From the sequence record MN709127.1: a stretch of 64,000 bases of DNA, one strand, 5' to 3'. The notes under the pieces were generated by a model, which saw nothing but the letters and a program-made list of their open reading frames with translations, searched no databases and was not told where the DNA came from. Of the stretch, positions 19,686 to 29,928 are shown piece by piece. The position numbers and the translations under genes were made by a program. The number at the start of each line of letters is the position of its first letter. The stretch's first letter is position 1. The DNA is from Escherichia phage Ec_Makalu_002.

Positions 19686-20674
19686 TATACGAACTCCAAT
19701 TCAACCATTAATTGCATTAACAAAAAGACAATGTGAATCTCTTTATCAGCCGCGTGTGCAAACATCTGATTATTTTCACCGATAATCTCAGTGAGACGAA
19801 TAATCGACGCTGGCTTAACTTGAGTATACAACTCATTATAAAGTTTCTTGACAAATTGAGCGTAGGTATTGGTATATCGTGGCGCAAGTTTACGCACATT
19901 AGCAAACTGTTTAGTTTTAAGTGCTTCCACCACATCGGTTACTTCGGTATTGCTACTTTCGATAACCATGCTCAATACACCAGCATCAATTTTACCGTGT
20001 TTTGCGTAACGGTCCAAGAGTTTCATTACGCGCCGGAAATCTGGGAAGTTCTGCTTAACCAGTTCCGCCAATACGCGCATTTCTTCTACTGGAACACCTT
20101 CTTTATCAAGAATTGCTTTACACCGGACGATCATTTCTTTCATCATGCGAAGCTGATCATCTTTAGTCGGAGATCCAAACGTGATGGGGTCAAATCGAGA
20201 TCGCAACGCTGGGATAATACCTTCTAGATCGTTTGCTGTGATAATGAATGTCACATTGTTTGAGTATGCCTCAGAGAAACTACGCAAGTGTCTTTGAGCA
20301 TCAGCCAGCCCCGCTCGGTCATACTCATCGATAATCACAACTTTGCCTTTTTCTCGTTTTTCTTCATCGAGTGATACACTCTGCGCAAAGCGTGTAATCT
20401 CATCGCGGATAAAGTCAATCTTACAATCTGCGCCGTTAACAAACAGATAATCAACGCCCACGTCTTCACAAAGCGCCTTAGCAACGGTTGTTTTACCAGT
20501 ACCCGGTGATGGGCTATGCAGAATCATTGAAGGGATTCGGCCTTGTTTAACGATCTGCGCGAAGATCTTTTTATCTGCTTCCGGCAGAATACATTCAGAA
20601 ATTGATTTCGGACGGTATTTCTGTTCCCACTGAAACTCATTTTCATTAACACTCAGCATATAATCACCTCTCAC
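19685..20674 (-). CDS. 44: clamp loader ATPase gp44 (AAA+)
   Basis: Walker A SPSPGTGKTT; 329 aa. Confidence 0.85.
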   Translation of the reverse strand: MRGDYMLSVNENEFQWEQKYRPKSISECILPEADKKIFAQIVKQGRIPSMILHSPSPGTGKTTVAKALCEDVGVDYLFVNGADCKIDFIRDEITRFAQSVSLDEEKREKGKVVIIDEYDRAGLADAQRHLRSFSEAYSNNVTFIITANDLEGIIPALRSRFDPITFGSPTKDDQLRMMKEMIVRCKAILDKEGVPVEEMRVLAELVKQNFPDFRRVMKLLDRYAKHGKIDAGVLSMVIESSNTEVTDVVEALKTKQFANVRKLAPRYTNTYAQFVKKLYNELYTQVKPASIIRLTEIIGENNQMFAHAADKEIHIVFLLMQLMVELEFV

Positions 20675-20724
20675 AAATTACATCATTAAAACGGGGAGTA
20701 TTTACACTCCCCACAAACATTATA

Positions 20725-21414
20725 TTAGTCGGTGTAGCTGGAGTCAAGGTCACACGCGATCATATAAGATACGGTTTCACTTGCCAGCCATACAGCCTTA
20801 CGGCGAGTGAAGCTCAGTTTGTAATCGCCGAAGTCAGTAGCAACCAGTTTCATGTTGTCTTTACGAATAAAGAAATGGAAGTCGGCGGTTCCGGTATATT
20901 CGCCCATGTCAAGACAAAACATCTCATTAGGATTGTTTTTGTCAATCTCTTCCCAGCCTTTGATCATCAGACGACCATCAATCGGAAGAAATTCAAGGCG
21001 GTCCACTTTAAGCTGATTGCTCATTTTCATAAGCTGTTTCAGATCGTCGTTGCTCAGTTCGTAATCTACATCGCTTGCAGGTGGAGTAACTCGGCCTTTC
21101 GGTGATACGATAGCGGCAGCACTAGCACCAGGATAATTAATTTTCAGTCGATCGTTAGACACACGAATGTTTCCAGTGCGGTTATCAACCGTAATATCTG
21201 CTTCATCGCCTACCAGATTCAGAATACCCAGGAAAGAGTTAAGATCATAGATCCCGATTTCGTGTTCCAGTTCTTGATTCAGAGTCGCTTCACCATATAC
21301 AACGTTTGTCATGTTTTTGGTGATCAGGACGTTTCCTTTTTTCAGGATGATACCTGGGTTAATAGCGGAAAAGTTTTTCAGAGTAGCAATAGTTTCTTTA
21401 GTCAGTTTCATCAA
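20725..21414 (-). CDS. 45: sliding clamp gp45
   Basis: 229 aa; MKLTKETIATLKNF... resembles T4 gp45. Confidence 0.85.
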   Translation of the reverse strand: MMKLTKETIATLKNFSAINPGIILKKGNVLITKNMTNVVYGEATLNQELEHEIGIYDLNSFLGILNLVGDEADITVDNRTGNIRVSNDRLKINYPGASAAAIVSPKGRVTPPASDVDYELSNDDLKQLMKMSNQLKVDRLEFLPIDGRLMIKGWEEIDKNNPNEMFCLDMGEYTGTADFHFFIRKDNMKLVATDFGDYKLSFTRRKAVWLASETVSYMIACDLDSSYTD

Positions 21415-21440
21415 ATCACCTTTATCATGTTAATCAATTA

Positions 21441-21839
21441 TTACGGGTTTACTTCGTGTTCGTTACGAATCTTGAGCATTTTGTTTTGGAAGTTTTCCGC
21501 AGCTTTCTCATCAATAGTATGAGTATATCTGAATCCAATATATGCTGTCAAGTATTGTTGCAGAGCATAGACAGTAACAGGATTCTTTGCGGTCTTCTTG
21601 CCTTCGAGATATACCAGATCACCGCAAGGTTCAAAAGCAAGTTTACGACGAATCACATTATCAACAAACTCATCAACAACAAAATGCCAAATGTTGCTAT
21701 CGGTTCCAATATCAAAATTAACCACACTGCCACGTTTGACATAATCAAACGGTATCGGGAATAGTTTATAGTCAAGTTCGATAAACATTAATTGTTCTTT
21801 TAGGCTCATACGTTTCATTCTATCACTTCCCATCAGCAA
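21441..21839 (-). CDS. hypothetical protein (rpbA position)
   Basis: 132 aa; positional only. Confidence 0.4.
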   Translation of the reverse strand: MLMGSDRMKRMSLKEQLMFIELDYKLFPIPFDYVKRGSVVNFDIGTDSNIWHFVVDEFVDNVIRRKLAFEPCGDLVYLEGKKTAKNPVTVYALQQYLTAYIGFRYTHTIDEKAAENFQNKMLKIRNEHEVNP

Positions 21840-22215
21840 TTGCGATTAGACGAGTTACTACTACGCTAGCGGCTTCAATCAGCAGTTCATCAGTGTCAAT
21901 CTGATAACCCTTTTCGAGAATATCTTTACCTCGAATAGTTTTAGCGCCCTTAGCAATTGAATCATCGTAATACTTGCGCATTGCCGCGATCCATTCTTTT
22001 TGCACCATATCATCAATATGCGCGTACAGTTCAAAGCGTGCTTGCTGCGGGATAACCTTCATTTTAGCTTTCTCGCTTTCCGGCATTTGCAGTACCCACG
22101 CTTTACGGATCTTGTTCATTGCTCGGTCAAATTCGAGACTGGTTTTCTTGTTCTGAATGTCTGCTACAGTAATTTTAGCCAGGTTTGCGGAAGTAGTCAT
22201 AATATTAATCTCCAA
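21823..22215 (-). CDS. hypothetical protein
   Basis: 130-aa ORF in tiling. Confidence 0.45.
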   Translation of the reverse strand: MEINIMTTSANLAKITVADIQNKKTSLEFDRAMNKIRKAWVLQMPESEKAKMKVIPQQARFELYAHIDDMVQKEWIAAMRKYYDDSIAKGAKTIRGKDILEKGYQIDTDELLIEAASVVVTRLIAIADGK

Positions 22216-22230
22216 AATAAAATCAGTATA

Positions 22231-22461
22231 TCACGTTCTAAAGTTTGTTGCAACCCCAGCATCAGGGTAATCAAGTTTATCTAAGTTGGGGACCAGCATA
22301 AACTCATGATGACGACAAGACAACATTTTTGTTATGTCTTCATCGCTGTATATGCTGTTTTTCATATCCCCCATACTAACTACATATTCTTCACCGGAAT
22401 ATAGATTGATTAATGTATACAATTCTAACTCCGGCTGCGTTACTCTGTCAAATGTTAACAT
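22231..22461 (-). CDS. hypothetical protein
   Basis: 76-aa ORF; short overlap with gp46 start. Confidence 0.4.
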   Translation of the reverse strand: MLTFDRVTQPELELYTLINLYSGEEYVVSMGDMKNSIYSDEDITKMLSCRHHEFMLVPNLDKLDYPDAGVATNFRT

Positions 22462-24130
22462 TCATTTCAGTGAATCGCCCACGTTTAACCATCTTGAGAT
22501 GACGGCTAAAATCATCAGGGTTATGGTCACGATGGCTGATAATATACACGTTATCATCTAACTTGTCAATGATGGAATCAAGTGCTTTTACGCCTTGAAC
22601 GTCAGTAGCCCCATCATAAATTTCATCGAGTACCAACAAAGAAATATTAGTACCAGATACTTTACCAGCAACATCACGCCATGTAAAGAGCATCGCAAGA
22701 TCAATACGTGCTTTTTCGCCTTGACTGAATGATGTATACGAAAACGATTCACGCCCCCGTGATTTAATTGTCTCGTTAAACTCTTCATCTAACGTAAAGA
22801 TATAATCCGCTTCCATGATCTCCAGATAATAAGCAATTCGATCATTGAAATATGGAATATATTTCTTGACGATAGACGCCTTAACACCGGAATCCTTCAA
22901 CATTTCTGTTACAAATCCACGATGATATTTTTCAAGAACTAGTTTTGATTTTTCATTGGTAATCTCTACCAGTTCGTGTTCCAGTTTAGCAAGTTCTTCG
23001 GAATTGTCAACCCTTTCTTTTTGTAATTCCTGAATTGCTTTCTGAATCTGTTTAGCCCGACCTACAGATGCCGTTAAATTCGCTCTCTGTGACTCTATAG
23101 CGCGTTTAATTTCCAAGACCTTAGTTTGTGCTGTCTGGAAAGAATTGGCTTTCTCTGCGTATTCTACGCGTTTCTCGTCAATCAGAGACAGCTTATGTTC
23201 TGCTTGTGCTTTTTGTTCGCGTACAGCCCGATCATTACCCTGAATGATCGGTTGTGTGCACGTAGGACAAACCCCGCCTTTCTCGTGCATATGGATAACA
23301 CGATCAAAGTTCTGGATCTGCGCACCAATCTGTGCGATAGCCGTATTAATTTTAGCCAATGCCGCGCTGGGATCTTCCGGCATAACAACAGCCAATAGCT
23401 CATCGGTCAAGCGCGTTTCTTCGGCTTTAAATGCTTTAGCCGACTCTACCTCTTTATCATACATATTCTGTAAACGCTGGAGATTCTCGGCACTCGCCTT
23501 GCTCGCGTCTTCTATGTACTTTTTGTGGGTGTTGATTTGTTGCTGAACGTGATTAGCTTTCATTTCCTGCATTTGGATATTCTGGGTAATCTCACGCACA
23601 TACGCTTTATTCAGCTTGTCCATTTCTCCTAGCGTAGCAATATCAAGCAAATCCTCGACCAGTTTACGGCGACCCGCTGCCGGAAGACTCATAAACGGAA
23701 CATAACCAGCAGTGCCTAAAACAACGATCTGTTTAAAGCTGGCTAGGTTCATGCCTATGATACCTTCAAAATATTCCTGAAAGTCTTTGGTGCTCGCGCT
23801 CTCGTCGATCTTTTGACCGTCGCGATGCACTTCGAATACTTCCGGCTTTTGACCACGTTTAATATAAAATTCTTTCCCGTCCAGTTCAAACCAGACTTCG
23901 ACTAACAGTTTCTTTTTGTTGACGCTGTTAATCAATTGGCCTTTCTTGATACTACGAAACGGTTTACCAAACAATACAAAGCAAAGCGCCTCGATCATTG
24001 TTGATTTACCAGCACCGTTAACACCAGTGATTAGTGTCTTTTTGAATCCGTCTAGCTGAATCTCTACAGGTTCAGCACCTACGCTCATTATATTTTGATA
24101 GCGCAAGGTTTTAAAATTTAACTTTGCCAT
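22448..24130 (-). CDS. 46: recombination endonuclease subunit gp46 (SbcC/Rad50-like)
   Basis: 560 aa; Walker A GVNGAGKST; coiled-coil middle. Confidence 0.85.
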   Translation of the reverse strand: MAKLNFKTLRYQNIMSVGAEPVEIQLDGFKKTLITGVNGAGKSTMIEALCFVLFGKPFRSIKKGQLINSVNKKKLLVEVWFELDGKEFYIKRGQKPEVFEVHRDGQKIDESASTKDFQEYFEGIIGMNLASFKQIVVLGTAGYVPFMSLPAAGRRKLVEDLLDIATLGEMDKLNKAYVREITQNIQMQEMKANHVQQQINTHKKYIEDASKASAENLQRLQNMYDKEVESAKAFKAEETRLTDELLAVVMPEDPSAALAKINTAIAQIGAQIQNFDRVIHMHEKGGVCPTCTQPIIQGNDRAVREQKAQAEHKLSLIDEKRVEYAEKANSFQTAQTKVLEIKRAIESQRANLTASVGRAKQIQKAIQELQKERVDNSEELAKLEHELVEITNEKSKLVLEKYHRGFVTEMLKDSGVKASIVKKYIPYFNDRIAYYLEIMEADYIFTLDEEFNETIKSRGRESFSYTSFSQGEKARIDLAMLFTWRDVAGKVSGTNISLLVLDEIYDGATDVQGVKALDSIIDKLDDNVYIISHRDHNPDDFSRHLKMVKRGRFTEMNVNI

Positions 24131-24374
24131 TAATCCACTCCGCGATCACACATTCCATAATATTAAATGCTAACACATCTTCATCAATGTTGTAAACACT
24201 TGCCGCCTTCACTTTAACTAGTGTGTCTCTGCGATCTGGCAACATGATCACATAATCCAGTGTCGCCGGATCATAGGTCATAAAGGGGTCAATATAAACC
24301 CCTTTATTCAGTGCCAGATATTCGCGAAGACCTTCTATAACCCTGTGTCTAAGGTAGGTCATCGATAGAATCAT
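24111..24374 (-). CDS. hypothetical protein
   Basis: 87-aa ORF between 47 and 46. Confidence 0.45.
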   Translation of the reverse strand: MILSMTYLRHRVIEGLREYLALNKGVYIDPFMTYDPATLDYVIMLPDRRDTLVKVKAASVYNIDEDVLAFNIMECVIAEWINGKVKF

Positions 24375-24967
24375 TTTAGTTTATGTTCCTCTAAAAATTC
24401 TTCAATTTCACCTTGCAGGTCTTCCGCTTGCTGTTCCAGAATATCGCGAAATTCACCTACAGTCAAGCGGTGGTCACATTTCACCAGTCGATGTGGGAGA
24501 ATATATCCCTTGTACATTGTCTCTGACGCTTCCAGGAATACACCGCTATGCATGACAGAGATCCAACCTGTTAGCGTCAATGGAGTATTCGGAAAATAAT
24601 ACTTGCTGGATTGTATCCACTGGACGAAAGCACCATATACAATCGGATTATATTCACCTACCACGCTTTTAATGATAGACTCTACTTGGTCTTTGACAAA
24701 TACGCCAATGTCCATAGTTACCATCAAATCCTGCGGATGAATCACTTTAAGGTAACGACGATAACCATCATCATAGTACAGCTTAACCGCTGACTGATTC
24801 CCCATTTTAGCAATATTCGCTTTCAGATACCCATAAATCGGATTCTTGTAATATGATTGTTTTGCTGTGTATGTATGCAACAACGTAATAAAATGTTGCA
24901 TTACCAGTAAATCAGAATCAGCCGCGACCATAGTCGTATTCATAATATGTTCCCCCTTCAATCTCAT
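24371..24967 (-). CDS. hypothetical protein
   Basis: 198-aa ORF; true start may be internal (24943 or 24931). Confidence 0.45.
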   Translation of the reverse strand: MRLKGEHIMNTTMVAADSDLLVMQHFITLLHTYTAKQSYYKNPIYGYLKANIAKMGNQSAVKLYYDDGYRRYLKVIHPQDLMVTMDIGVFVKDQVESIIKSVVGEYNPIVYGAFVQWIQSSKYYFPNTPLTLTGWISVMHSGVFLEASETMYKGYILPHRLVKCDHRLTVGEFRDILEQQAEDLQGEIEEFLEEHKLK

Positions 24968-25235
24968 ATTGTTTCAGGTCTTCTAAAAGTTCATCCATTG
25001 CTTGTTTCAGCACATGACGCAGCGTAAAGTAATAGCTTTCATCAAATTCTATTTCCTCGCGAGGAATAGAACGAATCTTACACTTAACGGTAGTGTCAGT
25101 GAGTCGCTTTTCGAGCATCATCCGAACTTCTTCATGCTCTTTGGAATACCATACATCAACGGAGATCCCCTTACGGCGAGCGAACATCGGCAACGCTGCA
25201 TTAAATTCCATTACTTTCTGTGCAAGTGTTTTCAT
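24918..25235 (-). CDS. hypothetical protein
   Basis: 105-aa ORF. Confidence 0.45.
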   Translation of the reverse strand: MKTLAQKVMEFNAALPMFARRKGISVDVWYSKEHEEVRMMLEKRLTDTTVKCKIRSIPREEIEFDESYYFTLRHVLKQAMDELLEDLKQYEIEGGTYYEYDYGRG

Positions 25236-25498
25236 CGTACAGACTCCATAGATCCACGCGCAATAACATTCTGGGTAATATCAGCAATCTTACGGGATAC
25301 AATGGTCGCTAGTTCCAGTCTAGTGATATTGTCTCGGTCGAAAGGAATTTCGTCATGTGTCCACATCCCGTAGTTAGAACGGAAGGATAGCATATGTTGA
25401 CCATTCCGAACAACCTCAAAAACTCGGATCTTAGTGAACTTCTCTAAACTTGCGTTAAATTCTTTCAGTGCATCAGTAATCATAATAACCTCCATCAA
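25232..25498 (-). CDS. hypothetical protein
   Basis: 88-aa ORF; SD GGAGG; preceded by promoter cassette. Confidence 0.45.
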   Translation of the reverse strand: MMEVIMITDALKEFNASLEKFTKIRVFEVVRNGQHMLSFRSNYGMWTHDEIPFDRDNITRLELATIVSRKIADITQNVIARGSMESVR

Positions 25499-25507
25499 TT
25501 TTTAGTG

Positions 25508-25536
25508 AGTATAACGGGGATTTCTCCCCGCGTCAA
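25508..25536 (-). promoter_or_regulatory. sigma70-like promoter (TTGACG-N17-TATACT), hairpin GGGGA..TCCCC in spacer
   Basis: begins right after gp47 stop. Confidence 0.5.
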
Positions 25537-26562
25537 CTAACTTTTTGCGCTATTTACTTCTGCTAAAAGTTCATCAGAGATACGCTTAACTGCCGCAAGT
25601 TCTTCCGGTTCTAGGTTTTGTTCTTCCAGATATTCATAGACCATCTGAATAGTGCTTTTAACTTCAATAACACCTGTTTCCTGTGATGCGCTACTCTCCA
25701 GCTTATGGACCACTTTTAGCTTGTGTACAACGGCCTCTAACGCGCTTTCTAACTTAGTTAACCCATTATCAGCAACCGTTGCAATAAGACGCACACTAAG
25801 CCCCTTATAGCGTTCTACATCGATTTTATCATCTGACGGGTAAGTGATCCGCACATGATATGTTTTATCATTCTGGATAAACTCTTTTTTGTGTGTATCG
25901 GTATCGAATACCCAAAAACCACGCGGATCATTTTCGTCACCCGCCGTTAGTGTGTATGGTGTACCAATATACGTTACGTTACCTCCATCACTGATAGTAT
26001 GAAAGTGACCGGAAAACACTTCACGGTATTTCTTGAGGAAGTCCGCGCTATAACCTTCGGATTTTAGACCTTTATAGAAATAGTAACCGGATAATTCCCA
26101 ATGGCCTACACAATATTCGCTGAATGAATTTTGAATAAACTCTAAAATCTCTGATTTATTGTCATCACAAAACCACGGGAACAGATCAAACGATACCCCA
26201 TCAAAGGTAACTGTTTCCGGCTTATCGATGACCTTAATGCAATCATACTGGCTTAACACTTCACGCGGTGCGTTAGGCTGGATCTTGTTTCGTTTAAACA
26301 TATCATGATTCCCGACCGTGATATAACAAGTAATTCCAGCCTCTTCCAGTAACGGGATGACCTTAGTACGGTTAAATTTCATGGTTTCATGGGTAATTGC
26401 TTTTCGGCAATCAAACCAATCCCCTGTTTGAATCCATGTCTTAATATTATGCTCTTTGGAGTATTCAACCGCTTTCTTGATCGTGTCTAAAATATACTCA
26501 TGCACCCACGGATCGTCGCCACCGATACCAGTATGCAGGTCACCTAAAAGCAAAATTTTCAT
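25537..26562 (-). CDS. 47: recombination endonuclease subunit gp47 (SbcD/Mre11-like)
   Basis: 341 aa; MKILLLGDLH phosphoesterase motifs. Confidence 0.85.
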   Translation of the reverse strand: MKILLLGDLHTGIGGDDPWVHEYILDTIKKAVEYSKEHNIKTWIQTGDWFDCRKAITHETMKFNRTKVIPLLEEAGITCYITVGNHDMFKRNKIQPNAPREVLSQYDCIKVIDKPETVTFDGVSFDLFPWFCDDNKSEILEFIQNSFSEYCVGHWELSGYYFYKGLKSEGYSADFLKKYREVFSGHFHTISDGGNVTYIGTPYTLTAGDENDPRGFWVFDTDTHKKEFIQNDKTYHVRITYPSDDKIDVERYKGLSVRLIATVADNGLTKLESALEAVVHKLKVVHKLESSASQETGVIEVKSTIQMVYEYLEEQNLEPEELAAVKRISDELLAEVNSAKS

Positions 26563-26652
26563 AGTCTCTTCCTCTCTTAGTTTTCGATGCTCTCACTATA
26601 TCACAGAAAAATAAAAAGGGAAACCCCTTTCGGAGTCTCCCTTATAAAGCCA

Positions 26653-26940
26653 TTACAGCATACTTAATACCGTTTGCCGTGTACTAACCCACATAGCAGA
26701 AAGCAGTTCTGGCGTGTGTGGCTGTTTGTAGATATCACGTAACTTTCCGATAGCGTAGATATACGCATCACGGTTATCATCGATGATAGCCTTTTCAGCC
26801 CACAATTTAAGGCGTTCAATCTCTCGCGCGTTCTTACGCAGGATCTTTTCAGCCTTTTTAGCGGCTTTCGCCTCTAGGTCTGCTTGAACTTTGTCTACTT
26901 CATTCACAGCAATTTGCTCATGGTGTTCATTGTAAGTCAT
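26653..26940 (-). CDS. hypothetical protein
   Basis: 95-aa ORF. Confidence 0.45.
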   Translation of the reverse strand: MTYNEHHEQIAVNEVDKVQADLEAKAAKKAEKILRKNAREIERLKLWAEKAIIDDNRDAYIYAIGKLRDIYKQPHTPELLSAMWVSTRQTVLSML

Positions 26941-26941
26941 A

Positions 26942-27175
26942 TTATTTTCCTTCTGGGATATAGTCGATGATTAAAGAAAATTCATCTTCCGAAACATTAT
27001 AGCTATGTGAGATTGTACCCGTCAAGACCTCAAGATCCGGTGACTTGATATTACACGGATCGATAATCACCGGAACGCCGCAATCTCTCAAAAATAATTT
27101 GGAGAAATACGGCACAAGGTCAGTTTCAAACTCTGCTTCTTCCAGCAAACGGGAAATGTTAATTTTCAATCTCAT
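26942..27175 (-). CDS. hypothetical protein
   Basis: 77-aa ORF. Confidence 0.4.
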   Translation of the reverse strand: MRLKINISRLLEEAEFETDLVPYFSKLFLRDCGVPVIIDPCNIKSPDLEVLTGTISHSYNVSEDEFSLIIDYIPEGK

Positions 27176-27692
27176 AAAATTGGTCCAGACTAGGCAATTC
27201 CTCGGTCAATACATCTTCAACCTTTGGCGCTTTCGGTTTATTGACCGATTCCTCGTAGTTGTTGATTTTATCGTAAATATCCTGTATGAATGCCTCATCA
27301 GCAATCTGGCACATATCAGCGTCGCGTTCGTCATATACATGATGCACAAAATATTTGTATTTTGCGGCTGTCGCTGTTCTCTCTTTTTTAATGCGCTGTA
27401 CAAAAGCATTAAAGCACGCTTGCGTGATGTAAGCATGAGGATTTTTATACTTTGTCTCGTCAAAATTAATCAAACCCTTGACCGCCGCTTCGATTCCGTC
27501 GTCGATCATTTCTTCGCGCCATGTTTGACTATAACCAGAAAAGTTAAAACGCCGTGATAGATTTTTAGATATTTGCATAATTGCCAGACCGATTTGATCG
27601 CTCATTGGAACTTGCCGACCTTCTGCTGCAATTCGTTGTTTCCAACGGCAAATTTCTTCGTAAAGCTCTTTATTGTTTACATAATCAGACAC
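27159..27692 (-). CDS. 55: late sigma factor gp55
   Basis: [57 protein letters not shown] nearly identical to T4 gp55; apparent GTG start with SD GAGGGTG. Confidence 0.85.
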   Translation of the reverse strand: MSDYVNNKELYEEICRWKQRIAAEGRQVPMSDQIGLAIMQISKNLSRRFNFSGYSQTWREEMIDDGIEAAVKGLINFDETKYKNPHAYITQACFNAFVQRIKKERTATAAKYKYFVHHVYDERDADMCQIADEAFIQDIYDKINNYEESVNKPKAPKVEDVLTEELPSLDQFYEIEN

Positions 27693-27711
27693 TTCGCACC
27701 CTCGATATTAT

Positions 27712-29202
27712 TTAGGAAATAACCCTTTCGGGCGATTCCCCATTACCATTATACTTTCTTTGCTTAGTTATCCACACTCTAACCATCTCTACCGATTCAC
27801 CGTCAGACGGGTCAAGAGTTTTTCCTTTTTTCTTCATGCGGTACTTAAATCCGTTAAATCTGGCATTCTCTTGCTCGTTAAAGTCGAACATCTTTTTAAA
27901 TGATTTTCGCCCTTTACGCTCACCACATTCTAGCGGAATCATTCGGTCTGTTATTACATTGGCATTAGGTAGAAACGTTTTTAGATAATCCACCAACGCC
28001 CAATCAGGAACATATAGATTAACACTCTCCTTGCTCTTGTTGTCTCTCAGGTTACAACGCAAACATAATTGAAATGCTGGTTCCAGATAATCAGACACAT
28101 GACGCGCTTTCAAAAACTCATTTGTCGGGAGACCGCAACTATTAGCAAGACCTTTTAAAATATCAATCTCCCATCGTTGAGGGTTAAAGCTGAACATCAC
28201 AGCAACATTTTTATGATGAATGTAAGAGTTAAGACCATAAGATCCGTAAGGTATCCGCTCACCAATACCATTTGTGCACGCTTCACGGTCCCGATTCACG
28301 GTATAAATGAAGTCATCACCGCATTCATTTTTAACCATATCAACAAGACGTTCAAAGGTATTGTTTGTTTCTGACTGGTGACGCGACCAGCGTTCGGAGT
28401 CCGTCATAAGGATGATATTAACTCTATCTGTATTTTTATACTCTTTGAAATATAGTCTGGATTCTAGCGCACTCGGAACAAAATCGCAATTTGCATAGTA
28501 TCGTAGATACTTTCCGCTGTATGTATCAAAGAGATTTGCACATGCTATCGTAACCTTTTTAAAGTCTCCCCACGTACCGTGTTTGTTATCGTTCAAGAAA
28601 ACAATTTTCGACCCATTCTTCCGGTGTCCTTCGTTATGTTTTACCATAACGTTGATTTTCTTCTCTAATAACGCCTCATAAAGCCCTCTAAGCGAAGAAT
28701 CGATCATATCAGTACCATCCTTCGCACTTTCTATCTTTTCTTTGATAGCGGACTTCTCAGAGTCTTTTAGAACTAAGTTCTGTAGACATTCCGATTCGTC
28801 GGCGATTGGTTCGCAATGCTTCGTGATAAGTTCAAGATTAGACTTAAACGGATACTCATTAAATTCAACCAGTTGAGGAACTTCATCAATGTAAAGAGCA
28901 TAATCACCAAACATTTTTGAACGTTCCATATTAGATAACGCTGTATGTGTAATGAATATCACATCAGCGCCGTCTTTAACTGATTGCATTATCGACGCTT
29001 GCACTGTCTTAAGGCTTCTTAGTCTTGTGCTATCAATCAAGACAGCACGACCGCCCATTCTTTTAAACTTATTGTAAGATTGTTCACTTAAAACACGAGA
29101 TGGCGAAGCAATAACCGCTTTTTCTTTTGTCTCTAGGACGTGGGAAAGTATAGCATCAGTTTTCCCCGCCGCTGGCAATGCGATTAATGTTTCAATCTTC
29201 AT
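27712..29202 (-). CDS. P-loop NTPase, SF2-helicase-like N-terminal domain, function unknown
   Basis: 496 aa; Walker A LPAAGKTD, motif Ia-like SPSRVL, Walker B/DExx YIDEVPQ; occupies the T4 alpha-gt slot. Confidence 0.5.
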   Translation of the reverse strand: MKIETLIALPAAGKTDAILSHVLETKEKAVIASPSRVLSEQSYNKFKRMGGRAVLIDSTRLRSLKTVQASIMQSVKDGADVIFITHTALSNMERSKMFGDYALYIDEVPQLVEFNEYPFKSNLELITKHCEPIADESECLQNLVLKDSEKSAIKEKIESAKDGTDMIDSSLRGLYEALLEKKINVMVKHNEGHRKNGSKIVFLNDNKHGTWGDFKKVTIACANLFDTYSGKYLRYYANCDFVPSALESRLYFKEYKNTDRVNIILMTDSERWSRHQSETNNTFERLVDMVKNECGDDFIYTVNRDREACTNGIGERIPYGSYGLNSYIHHKNVAVMFSFNPQRWEIDILKGLANSCGLPTNEFLKARHVSDYLEPAFQLCLRCNLRDNKSKESVNLYVPDWALVDYLKTFLPNANVITDRMIPLECGERKGRKSFKKMFDFNEQENARFNGFKYRMKKKGKTLDPSDGESVEMVRVWITKQRKYNGNGESPERVIS

Positions 29203-29507
29203 TAGAAACCCTTACGTCGTGCTTTCTGGCATTTCTTGATCATCTTATCAGAGATTTCTCGCTTTGGTGCAATCTCTTTCACACCGAAAGCACTAATGCC
29301 AAATTCAGAGAGAATATATTCAACCAACAATTCACGCACACGCGCTTTACCGATATTCACGCCGTTATTTTTCAGATATGTCTGACCTTCTACTTGCATC
29401 AGATCTAAATCTGCATCGGTAATACTGATTTCTTCCATGCGTCCAAATCGAGAGTAAACCATGTGTGCGATTGCATTGTGTACTAACATAATATATTCCT
29501 CGCTCAA
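29202..29507 (-). CDS. hypothetical protein
   Basis: 101-aa ORF. Confidence 0.45.
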   Translation of the reverse strand: MSEEYIMLVHNAIAHMVYSRFGRMEEISITDADLDLMQVEGQTYLKNNGVNIGKARVRELLVEYILSEFGISAFGVKEIAPKREISDKMIKKCQKARRKGF

Positions 29508-29510
29508 GAA

Positions 29511-29669
29511 TTACTTAATGATACTTACTTTACCAGATCCGTGACAATGAGCGCAACACCCATCACCACGCAATCCTGTTCCGTTACAGTGTTTACACTT
29601 CTTCAACGGTAAAGCCATTATAGCAAATAAAGCAATAATGAACACCGAAACTAAATTCTCAATAATCAT
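29511..29669 (-). CDS. small membrane-anchored DnaJ-type zinc-finger protein (52 aa)
   Basis: hydrophobic N-terminus then CKHCNGTG and CAHCHGSG (CxxCxGxG x2); below ORF-track cutoff. Confidence 0.4.
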   Translation of the reverse strand: MIIENLVSVFIIALFAIMALPLKKCKHCNGTGLRGDGCCAHCHGSGKVSIIK

Positions 29670-29928
29670 AAATCGCCCTCAGTTCTTTATAGCCTCCAAT
29701 GTGCTCGTTGTCAATGAATATCTGGGGGTATACAAACCGGAGGCTCTTTGAGTTCAGCCTCCCCGCCAGTTCTTCAATCATATCACGGTCGGGAATAATG
29801 TCAACCCCGACCTGCTTGAATACTGGTTTAAGTGTATACGGAATACCCAGATCATCCAGTAGCTTCATTGCACTAATACAACCATAACAATGATAAGCCT
29901 CTTTCGGTATGCCGTATATCTCGATCAT
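29659..29928 (-). CDS. glutaredoxin-like protein (NrdH/Grx)
   Basis: CYGC active site; 89 aa. Confidence 0.65.
   Translation of the reverse strand: MIEIYGIPKEAYHCYGCISAMKLLDDLGIPYTLKPVFKQVGVDIIPDRDMIEELAGRLNSKSLRFVYPQIFIDNEHIGGYKELRAIYDY

Noticed and set aside
16230-23403. Minus-strand ORFs nested in other frames of large genes (e.g. 16230..16427, 16671..16856, 19717..19935, 22588..22788, 23182..23403)
   Set aside because: Fully contained within gp43, gp44 or gp46 coding sequence in alternative frames, with no independent support
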